Virus record (IMG/VR): IMGVR_UViG_3300030202_003496
Coordinates: 10,781-74,780 of that record
DNA length: 64,000 nucleotides
Source: a virus
Reading direction: 5' to 3' (one strand)
In this document: piece after piece, positions 40,425 through 50,110 of the stretch
Layout: every line of letters starts with the position of its first letter
Position numbering within the stretch: position 1 is the first letter of the stretch
Notes under the pieces: generated by a model
The model's input: only the letters and a program-made list of their open reading frames with translations
The model's database searches: none
Told to the model about the DNA's origin: nothing
Program-made: the position numbers and the translations under genes

Positions 40425-40891
40425 TGAATTTTTTTAATCAACATCTCACATTCAAGCAGTCTGCTGTAATCATACCAAAACATCAGTTACAGAAAGGTAT
40501 GGTTGTACAGAATAGATATAAAAATCAGAAAGGAGAGACAAAAGATTATATGTTTCTTATATTGAATCCTGATTATTATCAAAAGGTTCATGTATTAAGC
40601 TTAAATGAATTTAGTAATATGAGATTTAACGACCTTGCAAGAGATACAGGTATAAGGTTACTGCCTAGATTCAAAAAGAGAGGCTTAATTATACCTCGAC
40701 TTACAATGATAGAATCTTCACAAAGATTTTATTACGGAAGGCTTGCTGTAAATATGGAAAAATTATATAATAACAGTTACAGAACTCTTTTCCTAAGAAA
40801 TATGAACCTTGTACAGCTTATAGATTATAGGTTTGACCAAGACATAGAAGATACTTTAGATAGAAATCCAGGAAAAATAACAACTAATTAA
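40424..40891 (+). CDS. Hypothetical protein
   Basis: 155-aa ORF, coupled to the previous gene. Confidence 0.65.
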   Translation: MNFFNQHLTFKQSAVIIPKHQLQKGMVVQNRYKNQKGETKDYMFLILNPDYYQKVHVLSLNEFSNMRFNDLARDTGIRLLPRFKKRGLIIPRLTMIESSQRFYYGRLAVNMEKLYNNSYRTLFLRNMNLVQLIDYRFDQDIEDTLDRNPGKITTN

Positions 40892-40901
40892 GGGAACGAA
40901 A

Positions 40902-43742
40902 ATGAAGGTAATTTTTATAGCTGATTTTTTTGTAAATCAAGTTTTTGGTGGGGGTGAGCTTGTTAATGAGGAGATAATAGACGGATTAAAAGCAAGAGGT
41001 ATAAATGTAGAAAAAATAAATTGCGAAAATTTTGATGCAAGCAAATCAGACAAAGATGCAGAATATTTAATAGGTAATTTTATATCTCTTACACCTTTCA
41101 GTAAAGATTATATAAAAAACAATCTAAATTATTCAATTATAGAACATGACCATAAATATGTAACAGATAGAGATGTTTCAGGATATGAAAATTATATTGC
41201 ACCTTCATATAAAATAATAAATTCAGAATTTTATAAAAAAGCTAAAAGAGTTTATTGTCAATCATATTTACATAGTAACGTTGTATCAATGAATTTAGGA
41301 TTGGATAATGTTGTAAACCTTTCAACAAGTATATGGTCTAAAGAACACTTGGACTTAATAGAATCTTATTGTGATACGCCAAAGAATAATAAAACTATGA
41401 TTTTAGGTTCTAGCAATAAGATAAAAAATACGCAAGGATGCATTGACTACTGTAATAACAATAACATCGACTATGACGTTGTAGGACCTCTTCCTTATAA
41501 TGAGTTAATGAAAGAGATGTCAAAATATAAAAGCGTTTTGGTTTTACCAGGAGTACTTGAAACTTTTAATAGATTTTTGGTTGAGGCGAGAATGCTAGGC
41601 TGTACTATAAAAACAAATAATAAGAATGGTTGTACTTCAGAAAGCTGGTTCCCTAAATTAAAAGGAAAAGAGCTTATAGATTTTATTAGAAAATCAAAAG
41701 AAGATTTTATAGAATCATTTATATCAGAAGAACAAAAATTTCATAAGATAAACTATGGTAATGAAAATCATTTTAAGATTATTATACCTCTTTATAATGT
41801 AGAAAAGTGGATTGATAGATGTTTAGGCTCTGTTATGTCACAGAATTATAAAAATTTCGAATGTATAATATTAGATGATATATCTACTGACAAGAGTGTA
41901 GAAGTAATTAGAAAAACTATCAAACAAGATTCTAGATTTACGCTTATTGAAAATAAAGAAAAAGCTCTTGCTCTTAAAAATATATACGATGGTATAAAAT
42001 ATTCAAAGCCAGATGGAGAAGATATAATTGTAACGCTTGATGGTGATGATTGGTTTGAAAATGACAATGTGCTTACAAGATTAAATTCTATATATAACAA
42101 TGATGATTGTTGGATAACATACGGAAGCTATATAGAATATCCTTCAAATACAAAAGGTAAATTTGCAAGGCAGGCACCTCAAAATATAATAAATGAAGGT
42201 TCATATAGAAAAAATGAATGGTATTTTTCTCATTTAAGAACATTCAAATATCATTTGTGGAACAGAATTAAAAAAGAAGATTTATTAGATTCTGAAGGTA
42301 ATTTCTATCCTATGGCTTGGGACCTTTCATTTATGTTTCCAATGTTAGAGATGTCAGGTAACAAAAGTAGATATATCGACGATATCATGTATGTATATAA
42401 TCTTACAAATCCTATAAACGACCATAAAGTCAATCATGGTTTGCAGCAAAGGTTAGAAAATGAAATAAGAAACAAAAAACCTTATAAAAATCTAAATAAA
42501 AACAAATTAAATTTATTTAATTGGAGTAGATTTGATTTGCCTATAAAAAGTATATTTCTTAATATGCTAGGTAAAAATACAGCATTTGGTAAAGATATAT
42601 ACAAAGAGCACTTGAGATTGTGGAATGGATTTAAGGAATACAACAATCCAAATAAAAATACATACGACGCATTTGAATTAGATTTTATTAAAATATATAA
42701 TGACATGAAATCAAATAACTTTGATTGGAATAAGTCACCAGTTGTTGTCGATAATGAAGATTATCTTCTTAATGGCTCTCATAGAACTGCAGCTGCATCA
42801 AAGCTAGATATAGAAGTAAAAACAGTAGAAGGTAATAATATAAAAGACGGTCAAAAAGTATGTGATTATAATATGTTCCAAAAGCTAGGACTTAATCAGG
42901 ATTATATGGATGCTGCAGCACTTGAAATGGTAAGAAAAAACAAAGACTTGCTTGTTGTAAATATATTCCCTGCAGCAGTGGGCAATAGAAGAGAGTTAGA
43001 GAGCATATTAAATCAGACGTGTAATATTGCATACAAAAAACATATCAATTTTAACACAAAAGGGGCTCTGAATTATATGTTTCAATTATATAAAGGAGAA
43101 CCCTGGGCTGGAAATAGAAATAATAATTTTGCAGGTTTTAGAGAGAAGATGGGATATTGCTTTCCAAGCGATGGCGATATGACAATGTATTTAATAGAAC
43201 TAAAAGACAAATCATTAGCAGTAAATATAAAAGAAAGAATAAGAAAAATATATGGAATAGGAAATCATTCAATTCATATTAACGATACCTACGAAGAAAC
43301 ATTAAGACTTTCTCGATGCTTATTAAATAAAAATAGTATTCACTTTCTAAATAATTCTCAGTTTAGAGACTATCCTAAATTTTATAATTCATTAAAATAT
43401 TATGAAGACTACATTGATAAAAATGGATTAAACCACGAAGATTATTGTATTACAGCTAGTGGAGTTTTATCTTTATATGGATTGAGAGAAGCTGCTGATG
43501 TAGATTATATTCACGATTGTGCTCATGAGGTTATAGACCCTACAGACAACATACATTCTCATAATAAATACGGAGTAGGCATATATAAAAAATCTTATCA
43601 TGATATTATACATAATCCAGAAAATCATTTTTATTACGGAAATATAAAGGTTGCATCACTAGATGTTATAAAACAACTAAAAGAATATAGAGGTGAAGAA
43701 AAAGACAAGATAGATGTTTCACTTATGGAGAAAGTAATATGA
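40902..43742 (+). CDS. Multidomain glycosyltransferase (GT-B + GT2 + further C-terminal domains)
   Basis: GGGE...ETFNRFLVEARMLG (GT-B); IIIPLYN...DDISTD...LDGDDW (GT2); NGSHR ParB/Srx-like motif; GLREAADVD nucleotidyltransferase-like end. Confidence 0.8.
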   Translation: MKVIFIADFFVNQVFGGGELVNEEIIDGLKARGINVEKINCENFDASKSDKDAEYLIGNFISLTPFSKDYIKNNLNYSIIEHDHKYVTDRDVSGYENYIAPSYKIINSEFYKKAKRVYCQSYLHSNVVSMNLGLDNVVNLSTSIWSKEHLDLIESYCDTPKNNKTMILGSSNKIKNTQGCIDYCNNNNIDYDVVGPLPYNELMKEMSKYKSVLVLPGVLETFNRFLVEARMLGCTIKTNNKNGCTSESWFPKLKGKELIDFIRKSKEDFIESFISEEQKFHKINYGNENHFKIIIPLYNVEKWIDRCLGSVMSQNYKNFECIILDDISTDKSVEVIRKTIKQDSRFTLIENKEKALALKNIYDGIKYSKPDGEDIIVTLDGDDWFENDNVLTRLNSIYNNDDCWITYGSYIEYPSNTKGKFARQAPQNIINEGSYRKNEWYFSHLRTFKYHLWNRIKKEDLLDSEGNFYPMAWDLSFMFPMLEMSGNKSRYIDDIMYVYNLTNPINDHKVNHGLQQRLENEIRNKKPYKNLNKNKLNLFNWSRFDLPIKSIFLNMLGKNTAFGKDIYKEHLRLWNGFKEYNNPNKNTYDAFELDFIKIYNDMKSNNFDWNKSPVVVDNEDYLLNGSHRTAAASKLDIEVKTVEGNNIKDGQKVCDYNMFQKLGLNQDYMDAAALEMVRKNKDLLVVNIFPAAVGNRRELESILNQTCNIAYKKHINFNTKGALNYMFQLYKGEPWAGNRNNNFAGFREKMGYCFPSDGDMTMYLIELKDKSLAVNIKERIRKIYGIGNHSIHINDTYEETLRLSRCLLNKNSIHFLNNSQFRDYPKFYNSLKYYEDYIDKNGLNHEDYCITASGVLSLYGLREAADVDYIHDCAHEVIDPTDNIHSHNKYGVGIYKKSYHDIIHNPENHFYYGNIKVASLDVIKQLKEYRGEEKDKIDVSLMEKVI

Positions 43743-44557
43743 AAAAATTAAGTGTACCTTTTTATGTTTCTACAAACAATAAAAATATGAGATGTCTACA
43801 GGTTTTTGTAGAATTATTTAATAAATTTACAAATAAAAGTGAGCTTATTATATTGGGATATGACAAGCCAGATTTTGAACTTACCGAGAACTGCAAATTT
43901 GAGTCTATGGGAACTCAAGGACCTGTTGAAGAATGGTCAACTGATTTGAGAAAATATTTTATAAAATATGCTCCTAAATATTTTATATATGGTACAGAAG
44001 ACACATTTTTTTATAAAGAAATGAACCACGATTATATAAACTATTTGACAGAGGTTGTAAAACTAAATCATCAAATTGGCAAGGTTCAGCTATGTGATGT
44101 AGCAGAAGAAAATGGATTTGCAATAGAAGAAAATCGTCATTATAAATCTAGAATATTAACAAATGTTAACGTACCTGAATTAAATATTGACTTTGATATG
44201 CATGTATTGATGAAATCTAATTATTCAATAAACTGTCAACTTTCGTTATGGAATAAAGAATTTTTATTAAAATATTTGGAAGATGGTTATTCACCTTGGG
44301 ATTTTGAAATAAAAGGCTCAATTGCAGCGTATGATGAGACAGAATGGTATTCAATAATACTTGATAGACAATTTGGTATATTTAAGAAAGAAGGTTTTAG
44401 TGGTGGTTTAGATATTAAAGAACAGTGGACTTATAAAGAATATTGGTTTGATAAATTAGAAAATGAATGGCTTAAGACACAAATAAGCGAATGGGGAAAC
44501 CCTATACTGGCTGGGCCAAATGGACAGTTCGGAACATCGAAAATTAGCGAAAGGTAA
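43739..44557 (+). CDS. Glycosyltransferase-like hypothetical protein
   Basis: EDTFF, Q.SLW.K..L, SPWDFE motifs; glycan island context. Confidence 0.55.
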   Translation: MKKLSVPFYVSTNNKNMRCLQVFVELFNKFTNKSELIILGYDKPDFELTENCKFESMGTQGPVEEWSTDLRKYFIKYAPKYFIYGTEDTFFYKEMNHDYINYLTEVVKLNHQIGKVQLCDVAEENGFAIEENRHYKSRILTNVNVPELNIDFDMHVLMKSNYSINCQLSLWNKEFLLKYLEDGYSPWDFEIKGSIAAYDETEWYSIILDRQFGIFKKEGFSGGLDIKEQWTYKEYWFDKLENEWLKTQISEWGNPILAGPNGQFGTSKISER

Positions 44558-44558
44558 T

Positions 44559-45221
44559 ATGAAAAATATAGTTATATTAGCAGCAGGTCCACCAAAGCCA
44601 AATAGAAATAGACATTTAGAATTATATAAAGGTCAAAAAATTATTGACATAGTAATTAAGAAATGTACAATTGAAAATACAAAATTATATGCTGTTGTTG
44701 ATGAGAGAAATATCGAACTAATAAACCATATAAAGGACAGAGTAAAATTACTTTACCCTAAAGATGGTAAAATATATAGTACATTTGAATCTGCTCTTTC
44801 TGTAGAAGGAGACACAATTATGGTTGTCGGAGACCTTGTAGGATTAAAAGAAGGTGATATAAATAGATTTGTAGAATCGAAATACAAATCAGCAACTTGT
44901 ATATATAAGCAGGCATGGGGTTTACATATAAAGTCTAAATATCCTAATCTAATAAGACGAGGTGATTGCGGTGATTGTATATCAATGATAGGTCAAGAAC
45001 ATAAAAAAGAATTTTTAGGTGAAAAAAATCAAATTGTGTATAAATGGCTATTTCATCAATTTTATCCAGAAAAAGAAATAAACCACGAAATTTATAATGA
45101 TGTAGGAACATTTATGTCATACGCATTTTTTCAAAAAATATGGTCGAATCCATTATGTAGTGAATTCGGTGACAAAGGCTCTGTATATTTTGAACACAAA
45201 GTATATGCAGATAACGACTAA
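44559..45221 (+). CDS. Nucleotidyltransferase-like protein (NTP_transf / MobA-like)
   Basis: IVILAAG N-terminus, VGD motif; likely start ATG 44559. Confidence 0.55.
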   Translation: MKNIVILAAGPPKPNRNRHLELYKGQKIIDIVIKKCTIENTKLYAVVDERNIELINHIKDRVKLLYPKDGKIYSTFESALSVEGDTIMVVGDLVGLKEGDINRFVESKYKSATCIYKQAWGLHIKSKYPNLIRRGDCGDCISMIGQEHKKEFLGEKNQIVYKWLFHQFYPEKEINHEIYNDVGTFMSYAFFQKIWSNPLCSEFGDKGSVYFEHKVYADND

Positions 45222-45231
45222 AATATTTTTA

Positions 45232-45255
45232 TATGTCGTAAAAATTTATTATATT
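45232..45255 (+). promoter_or_regulatory. 24-bp promoter-like motif heading the phosphonate operon
   Basis: TATGTCGTAAAAATTTATTATATT. Confidence 0.7.
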
Positions 45256-45278
45256 AAATAAAAACAGAGGAATTAAAG

Positions 45279-46148
45279 ATGAAGACGATTAAAGAATTAT
45301 TAAACGACAGTTCTAAAACTAACATAGTTATTGGAGCAAACAATGCTATGATAGCTGAAATAGCTTTACGAGCTGGTTATGATGGTGTTTGGGTATCTAG
45401 TTTCGAATCACATGCTTGGAATCTATTACCAGATGCAAACATTCTAAATACTGCAGATTATTTTGACACAATCAGTAAAATTAGTGACAGAATAAGTATA
45501 CCTATTTTAGTTGATGCAGATGAAGGCGGGCCAAGTTCTATCAATACAATTAGAATGGTTAGAGAATATGAAAAGGCAGGAGCTTCTGCAATGTGTTTTG
45601 AAGACAATCCTTCTCCAAAGAGATGTTCTTTTTATGGAATGAAGCAGAGTTTAGAGACACCAGAGATTATGTGCGGTAAAATTAAAGCTGCAGTAGAAAA
45701 AAGATTGGATAAAGATTTTGCTATAATTACTAGAACAGAAGCGTTAATTCAAGGACATGGACATGATGTTGCAATGGAAAGAGCTAGAATGTATAATGAT
45801 GCTGGCTGCGATGCTTTCTTGATTCATAGTAAAAGTAAGAATCCTGACGAAGTATTAAAATTTGCAGATATGTATCATAAGGCAGGGTTAAGAGCTCCAC
45901 TTGTATGTGTACCTACAACTTATAATACAGTAAATATAAGTGAATTAAATAGTGCAGGATTTAGTCTTGTTATATATGCAAATTATTCTGTTAGAGCTGC
46001 TGTAAAATCTATAGAAGATGTATTTGCAAAAATGAAAGAAGGTGGTTCGCTATCTCATGCAAATGATGATATTGTTTCTATGGAAGATATATTCGATTTA
46101 ATTAGAGTTGACCAATTAAAAGAAAATCAAGAAAAATATGGCTCTTAA
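45279..46148 (+). CDS. pepM: Phosphoenolpyruvate mutase
   Basis: ICL/PEPM fold: W.SS, LPD, DAD.G, EDNPSPKRCS (variant of EDKxxxxxNS), RTEALI, IHSK, VPTTY, IYAN; next to ppd genes. Confidence 0.85.
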   Translation: MKTIKELLNDSSKTNIVIGANNAMIAEIALRAGYDGVWVSSFESHAWNLLPDANILNTADYFDTISKISDRISIPILVDADEGGPSSINTIRMVREYEKAGASAMCFEDNPSPKRCSFYGMKQSLETPEIMCGKIKAAVEKRLDKDFAIITRTEALIQGHGHDVAMERARMYNDAGCDAFLIHSKSKNPDEVLKFADMYHKAGLRAPLVCVPTTYNTVNISELNSAGFSLVIYANYSVRAAVKSIEDVFAKMKEGGSLSHANDDIVSMEDIFDLIRVDQLKENQEKYGS

Positions 46149-46569
46149 TAAATTATTTGATAAGTTATACGAAGAAGGTTATAGGTTTTTTACAGGTGTA
46201 CCTGATAGCTTACTTAAGCCTTTTCAGGATAGTATTGATGGTGATAGCAAGGCGTCTTTTAATCCTAAAGCTTTACCTGATTGGAAACATATTATTGCAA
46301 CAAACGAAGGTCAAGCAATAGGCATGGCTGTAGGTGCTGAACTGGCTGGAACTAAATCTTGTGTATATTTACAAAATTCAGGTTTAGGAAACTGCATAAA
46401 CCCTTTAACAAGTTTATGCATACCTTATAATATAAAACCTTTATTAGTAATAGGCCATAGACACACACTACCTCAGCATAAAGTTATGGGTGAGACAGAT
46501 GAGGCTATGCTAAAGTTAATTGGTTATGAAAATTATATGATAATCAAAGGAGATAACAATGTCGGATAA
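46138..46569 (+). CDS. Phosphonopyruvate decarboxylase, N-terminal (alpha) half
   Basis: FFTGVPDSLLK, NEG.AIGMA.G, YLQNSGLGN.INPL.SL, PQH. Confidence 0.88.
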   Translation: MALNKLFDKLYEEGYRFFTGVPDSLLKPFQDSIDGDSKASFNPKALPDWKHIIATNEGQAIGMAVGAELAGTKSCVYLQNSGLGNCINPLTSLCIPYNIKPLLVIGHRHTLPQHKVMGETDEAMLKLIGYENYMIIKGDNNVG

Positions 46570-47056
46570 GACAGTAAGCAGAGAAAGAGCAATACAAATA
46601 ATATTTCAAAAACATGGAAAGTATGCTATTTATGTGACAAATACAGGTTATATATCTCGAGCTGTATATAAACTGTTTCCTGATATGGAAAATATATTTT
46701 ATATGCAAGGAAGTATGGGACTGGCACCAGCGATAGGCTTAGGAATTGCCGAGCATACTGACAGACCTGTCGTAGTATTAAGCGGTGATGGCGCTCTGTT
46801 AATGCATTTAGGAATCACACATACAATTAGAGACACATACAGTAAAAATTTATATGTATATGTTTTAGATAATGGTTCACATGAATCAGTGGGGGATTAT
46901 CCTGTATCTCAACTACAGCGTGATGTTGCAGGGCAGTGTTCATATCCAGGTATAGATAAAATATTAAAAATAAAAAAAGATGGAAAGCTTCCTAGAGTAG
47001 GAATTGATTGTGTACAGAATGCAATAAATATTAAAGAAGAAATAAAAAATGGGTAA
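46559..47056 (+). CDS. Phosphonopyruvate decarboxylase, C-terminal ThDP-binding (beta) half
   Basis: TGYISR, FYMQGSMG, GDGALLMHLG, DNGSHESVG. Confidence 0.88.
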   Translation: MSDKTVSRERAIQIIFQKHGKYAIYVTNTGYISRAVYKLFPDMENIFYMQGSMGLAPAIGLGIAEHTDRPVVVLSGDGALLMHLGITHTIRDTYSKNLYVYVLDNGSHESVGDYPVSQLQRDVAGQCSYPGIDKILKIKKDGKLPRVGIDCVQNAINIKEEIKNG

Positions 47057-48020
47057 ACTATTATTAAATCCAGGGCCTACAAATACTAGGTTTAGAACAA
47101 AACTTGCTCAATGGCTTGGTTCTGATATCTGTCATCGAACAGATGAATTTGATAATATTCTTTCTGAAACAAAAAATATTTTACTTAAAGGATTCGAAAA
47201 CCACCACGCTGCAATAATTGGAGGTAGCGGTACTACTGCTATGGAAGCAATGATATCCTCTCTTGTCGAAAACATAACTGTTATAAATGCTGGTATTTAT
47301 GGCCAGCGCGCAGTTGATATGATGGAAGTTTATGGAATAAAATATAAAGAAATAAAATGTACTTCCATTGATGAGTTAAAACAAAATAAAAAAATAAAAA
47401 ATTTATATTTTGTTGAAAACGAAACAACAACTGGTGAAAAATTCGACGTAAATAAAATTTCAGAATTATATCCAAATGCTAATTTGTTTATTGATACAAC
47501 ATCTGCATTTGGTGCTTCTGACTATTCTAATATTAAAATAGCCGCAATGTGTTTTTGCAGTAATAAATGTTTACAGTCTACTCCAGGTCTTGGTATTGTT
47601 ATTTTTAATAAAGATTTGAAAATTAAAAAAAGGTCTTATTATCTAAATCTTGAAAAATATATAGGTAAAGACATACCTTTTACATTACCAGTTCAATCTG
47701 TATGTGCCTTAAATAAAACACTAAAAATATCTAAAAATAATAAAGATGATTTTGATATTAGAAAAGATAGACTTATTAAAAAGTTTTCAGAAATAGGAAT
47801 ACAATGTATCAATAAAAATCCTAGTAATTCAATTATAGGTTTTGTGCATCCTAAAATGAGTTATGAAAAGTTGAGAGATTTTTTATTAAACGAAAACATT
47901 GTTATTTATGCTGGAATAAAAGGTATTAAAAATAGTTTTAGAATATCTACTATGAGTACAAAATTTGATAAAAACTTTAATAGAATTATAGGATTGTTTC
48001 ATGAAACGTGTTTATTCTGA
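47049..48020 (+). CDS. 2-aminoethylphosphonate aminotransferase (PhnW/AepZ-like, class V PLP enzyme)
   Basis: LLNPGPT, HR, GSGT.AME, ETTTG, DTTSAFG, SNKCLQ.PG. Confidence 0.85.
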   Translation: MGKLLLNPGPTNTRFRTKLAQWLGSDICHRTDEFDNILSETKNILLKGFENHHAAIIGGSGTTAMEAMISSLVENITVINAGIYGQRAVDMMEVYGIKYKEIKCTSIDELKQNKKIKNLYFVENETTTGEKFDVNKISELYPNANLFIDTTSAFGASDYSNIKIAAMCFCSNKCLQSTPGLGIVIFNKDLKIKKRSYYLNLEKYIGKDIPFTLPVQSVCALNKTLKISKNNKDDFDIRKDRLIKKFSEIGIQCINKNPSNSIIGFVHPKMSYEKLRDFLLNENIVIYAGIKGIKNSFRISTMSTKFDKNFNRIIGLFHETCLF

Positions 48021-48393
48021 TATTGTGGGGGACCTGTTTCATATTGGACATATAAATATGTTTAAGCAGGCTAGAGAATATGGTGACTATTTAATTGTAG
48101 GTGTGCACTCTGATAAAACAGTAGAATCATATAAAAGAAAGCCTGTAATATCAGAGAATGATAGATACGAAATTGTAAAAAACTGTAAATTAGTCGATGA
48201 GGTAATTATAGATGCACCTTTGGTAATTACACAAGATTATATAAAAGAAAACAGAATAGATATTATAATACATGGCGACGATAATCTTTTTTTAGAAAAT
48301 TATAAGATACCAATAGAGATGGGGATTATGAAATATACAAAGTATACAAAAGGAATATCAACATCAGAAATTATTGAGAGGATAAAGAAATGA
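48001..48393 (+). CDS. Cytidylyltransferase (TagD-like, HIGH motif)
   Basis: DLFHIGH, VGVHSD, YKR.P, HGDD, YT.GISTS. Confidence 0.9.
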   Translation: MKRVYSDIVGDLFHIGHINMFKQAREYGDYLIVGVHSDKTVESYKRKPVISENDRYEIVKNCKLVDEVIIDAPLVITQDYIKENRIDIIIHGDDNLFLENYKIPIEMGIMKYTKYTKGISTSEIIERIKK

Positions 48394-48794
48394 AAATATA
48401 TTCAAAGGTTGACGGTAGGTTATTACATATTATAAACAGAATTCATGACTTTCAAGGTAGAAAAGAAATGATACCCGAGGATAATTTTTTACAATGTGCT
48501 ACATTAAGAATGGAAAAAGGAAAGACGTTCCCTCCACACAAACATATTATAAAAGATAGACATTATCCAGAACAGATTGCTCAAGAGTCATGGGTGGTAA
48601 TCAAAGGAAGCGTAAAATGTATATTCTATGACATTGATGATAAAATAATTGCTGAACCTATATTAAAACCAGGTGATGCTAGTTTTACTTTATACGGTGG
48701 TCATACATATGAAATATTAGAAGATGATACTTTGGTATATGAATATAAAACAGGGCCTTATGAAGGACAGAAATTAGACAAGGAGTTTATATAA
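48390..48794 (+). CDS. Cupin-fold protein (WbuC / sugar-isomerase-like)
   Basis: PHKH...QE.W...GGH...EYK.GPY. Confidence 0.7.
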   Translation: MKIYSKVDGRLLHIINRIHDFQGRKEMIPEDNFLQCATLRMEKGKTFPPHKHIIKDRHYPEQIAQESWVVIKGSVKCIFYDIDDKIIAEPILKPGDASFTLYGGHTYEILEDDTLVYEYKTGPYEGQKLDKEFI

Positions 48795-49486
48795 TGACTG
48801 ATAAAGAAATAAATAAAGAATTATTTTTAGACTTTTTTGTAAATAAAAAAGATTTAACAATTATGGATGTAGGGACATACGATGGTAAGGATAGTATGGA
48901 ATTTAGCAAATTATTTCCTCAATCAGAAATATACTCTTTCGAGGCAGACAAAAGGTCTGTAGATGTTTTTAATAAAATTGCAGGAGATGTAAAAAATATA
49001 AATTTAATTGAAACTGCTCTATCAAATGTTGATGGCGAAATAGATTGGTATGCTAGCGATAGTGATACGCGAAGACATTATGATTTTGAAAACGGATGGT
49101 CGGCATCAAGCTCGATTAAAAAACCTGATAATCATTTGAATATATTTAAGGACGTTTCGTTTAACAAAAATTCAAAAGTAAAATCTATGAAACTAGATAC
49201 TTGGATGAGTGAAAATAAAAATATAAAAAATATAGATATAATGTGGGTAGATGTTAACGGAGGTGAAAAAGAGTTTATAGAAGGTGCAATATATACATTA
49301 AAAAATAAGGTAAATTATTTATATATAGAATTTAATGGCGTTGACAATAGAAAGCTATATAAAGATTGCCCAACAGCAGATGATATAAAAGAAACACTAA
49401 GTACATTTTCAGAAATTGGAATATACAATTTTATGGGAAATTTTGGAAACATATTATTAAAAAATGGAGCATTAAATGAGCTTTAA
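48794..49486 (+). CDS. FkbM-family methyltransferase
   Basis: DVGTYDG, SFEAD, ALS, SSS, LD, IDIMWVDVNG.E. Confidence 0.85.
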   Translation: MTDKEINKELFLDFFVNKKDLTIMDVGTYDGKDSMEFSKLFPQSEIYSFEADKRSVDVFNKIAGDVKNINLIETALSNVDGEIDWYASDSDTRRHYDFENGWSASSSIKKPDNHLNIFKDVSFNKNSKVKSMKLDTWMSENKNIKNIDIMWVDVNGGEKEFIEGAIYTLKNKVNYLYIEFNGVDNRKLYKDCPTADDIKETLSTFSEIGIYNFMGNFGNILLKNGALNEL

Positions 49487-50108
49487 TAAAATAGCAGAGT
49501 TCGAAAATAAGATAGCAGAGTTTTTTGGTGCACCTCATGCAGTTGCTGTCGATTGTTGTACTCACGGAATAGAGCTATGTTTAAGATATCAAAATCTTTC
49601 ATATATCAATGTTCCTAGACAGACATATATTTCAGTTCCTTTTTTATCAAAAAAATTAAATATAGAATTACAATGGACAGATGAAAAATGGAAAGACTAT
49701 TATTGTGTTAACGAACATTTTATACCAATATATGATGCAGCAGTACTATGGAAAAAAGATAGTTATATTCCAAAAACTTTTATGTGTATTAGCTTTCAAT
49801 TTAGAAAACACCTAAGTTTAGGAAGAGGTGGTGTTATATTATGTGATAATAAGAAAGACGCATTAGAATTAAAGAAAATGACATATGATGGAAGACATCC
49901 AGATATCCCTTGGAGAGACCAAAATATAAGCACAATGGGGTATCATTATTATATGACACCAGAAACAGCAGAATTAGGTTTGTCAAAACTACAAAAAGCA
50001 ATAGAAACAAAACCTGTGCAGTGGAAAATTGATGACTGGCCAGATGTTTCAAAGATGGAAATATTTAACAAAAAAGAAGAGGTAGACCCTTACTTACAAA
50101 CGAGGTAA
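49476..50108 (+). CDS. Short DegT/DnrJ-family sugar aminotransferase
   Basis: FE..IAEF.GA.HAVAVDCCT, DAA, SFQFRKHL..GRGG, GYHYYM; only 210 aa. Confidence 0.75.
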   Translation: MSFNKIAEFENKIAEFFGAPHAVAVDCCTHGIELCLRYQNLSYINVPRQTYISVPFLSKKLNIELQWTDEKWKDYYCVNEHFIPIYDAAVLWKKDSYIPKTFMCISFQFRKHLSLGRGGVILCDNKKDALELKKMTYDGRHPDIPWRDQNISTMGYHYYMTPETAELGLSKLQKAIETKPVQWKIDDWPDVSKMEIFNKKEEVDPYLQTR

Positions 50109-50110
50109 TT

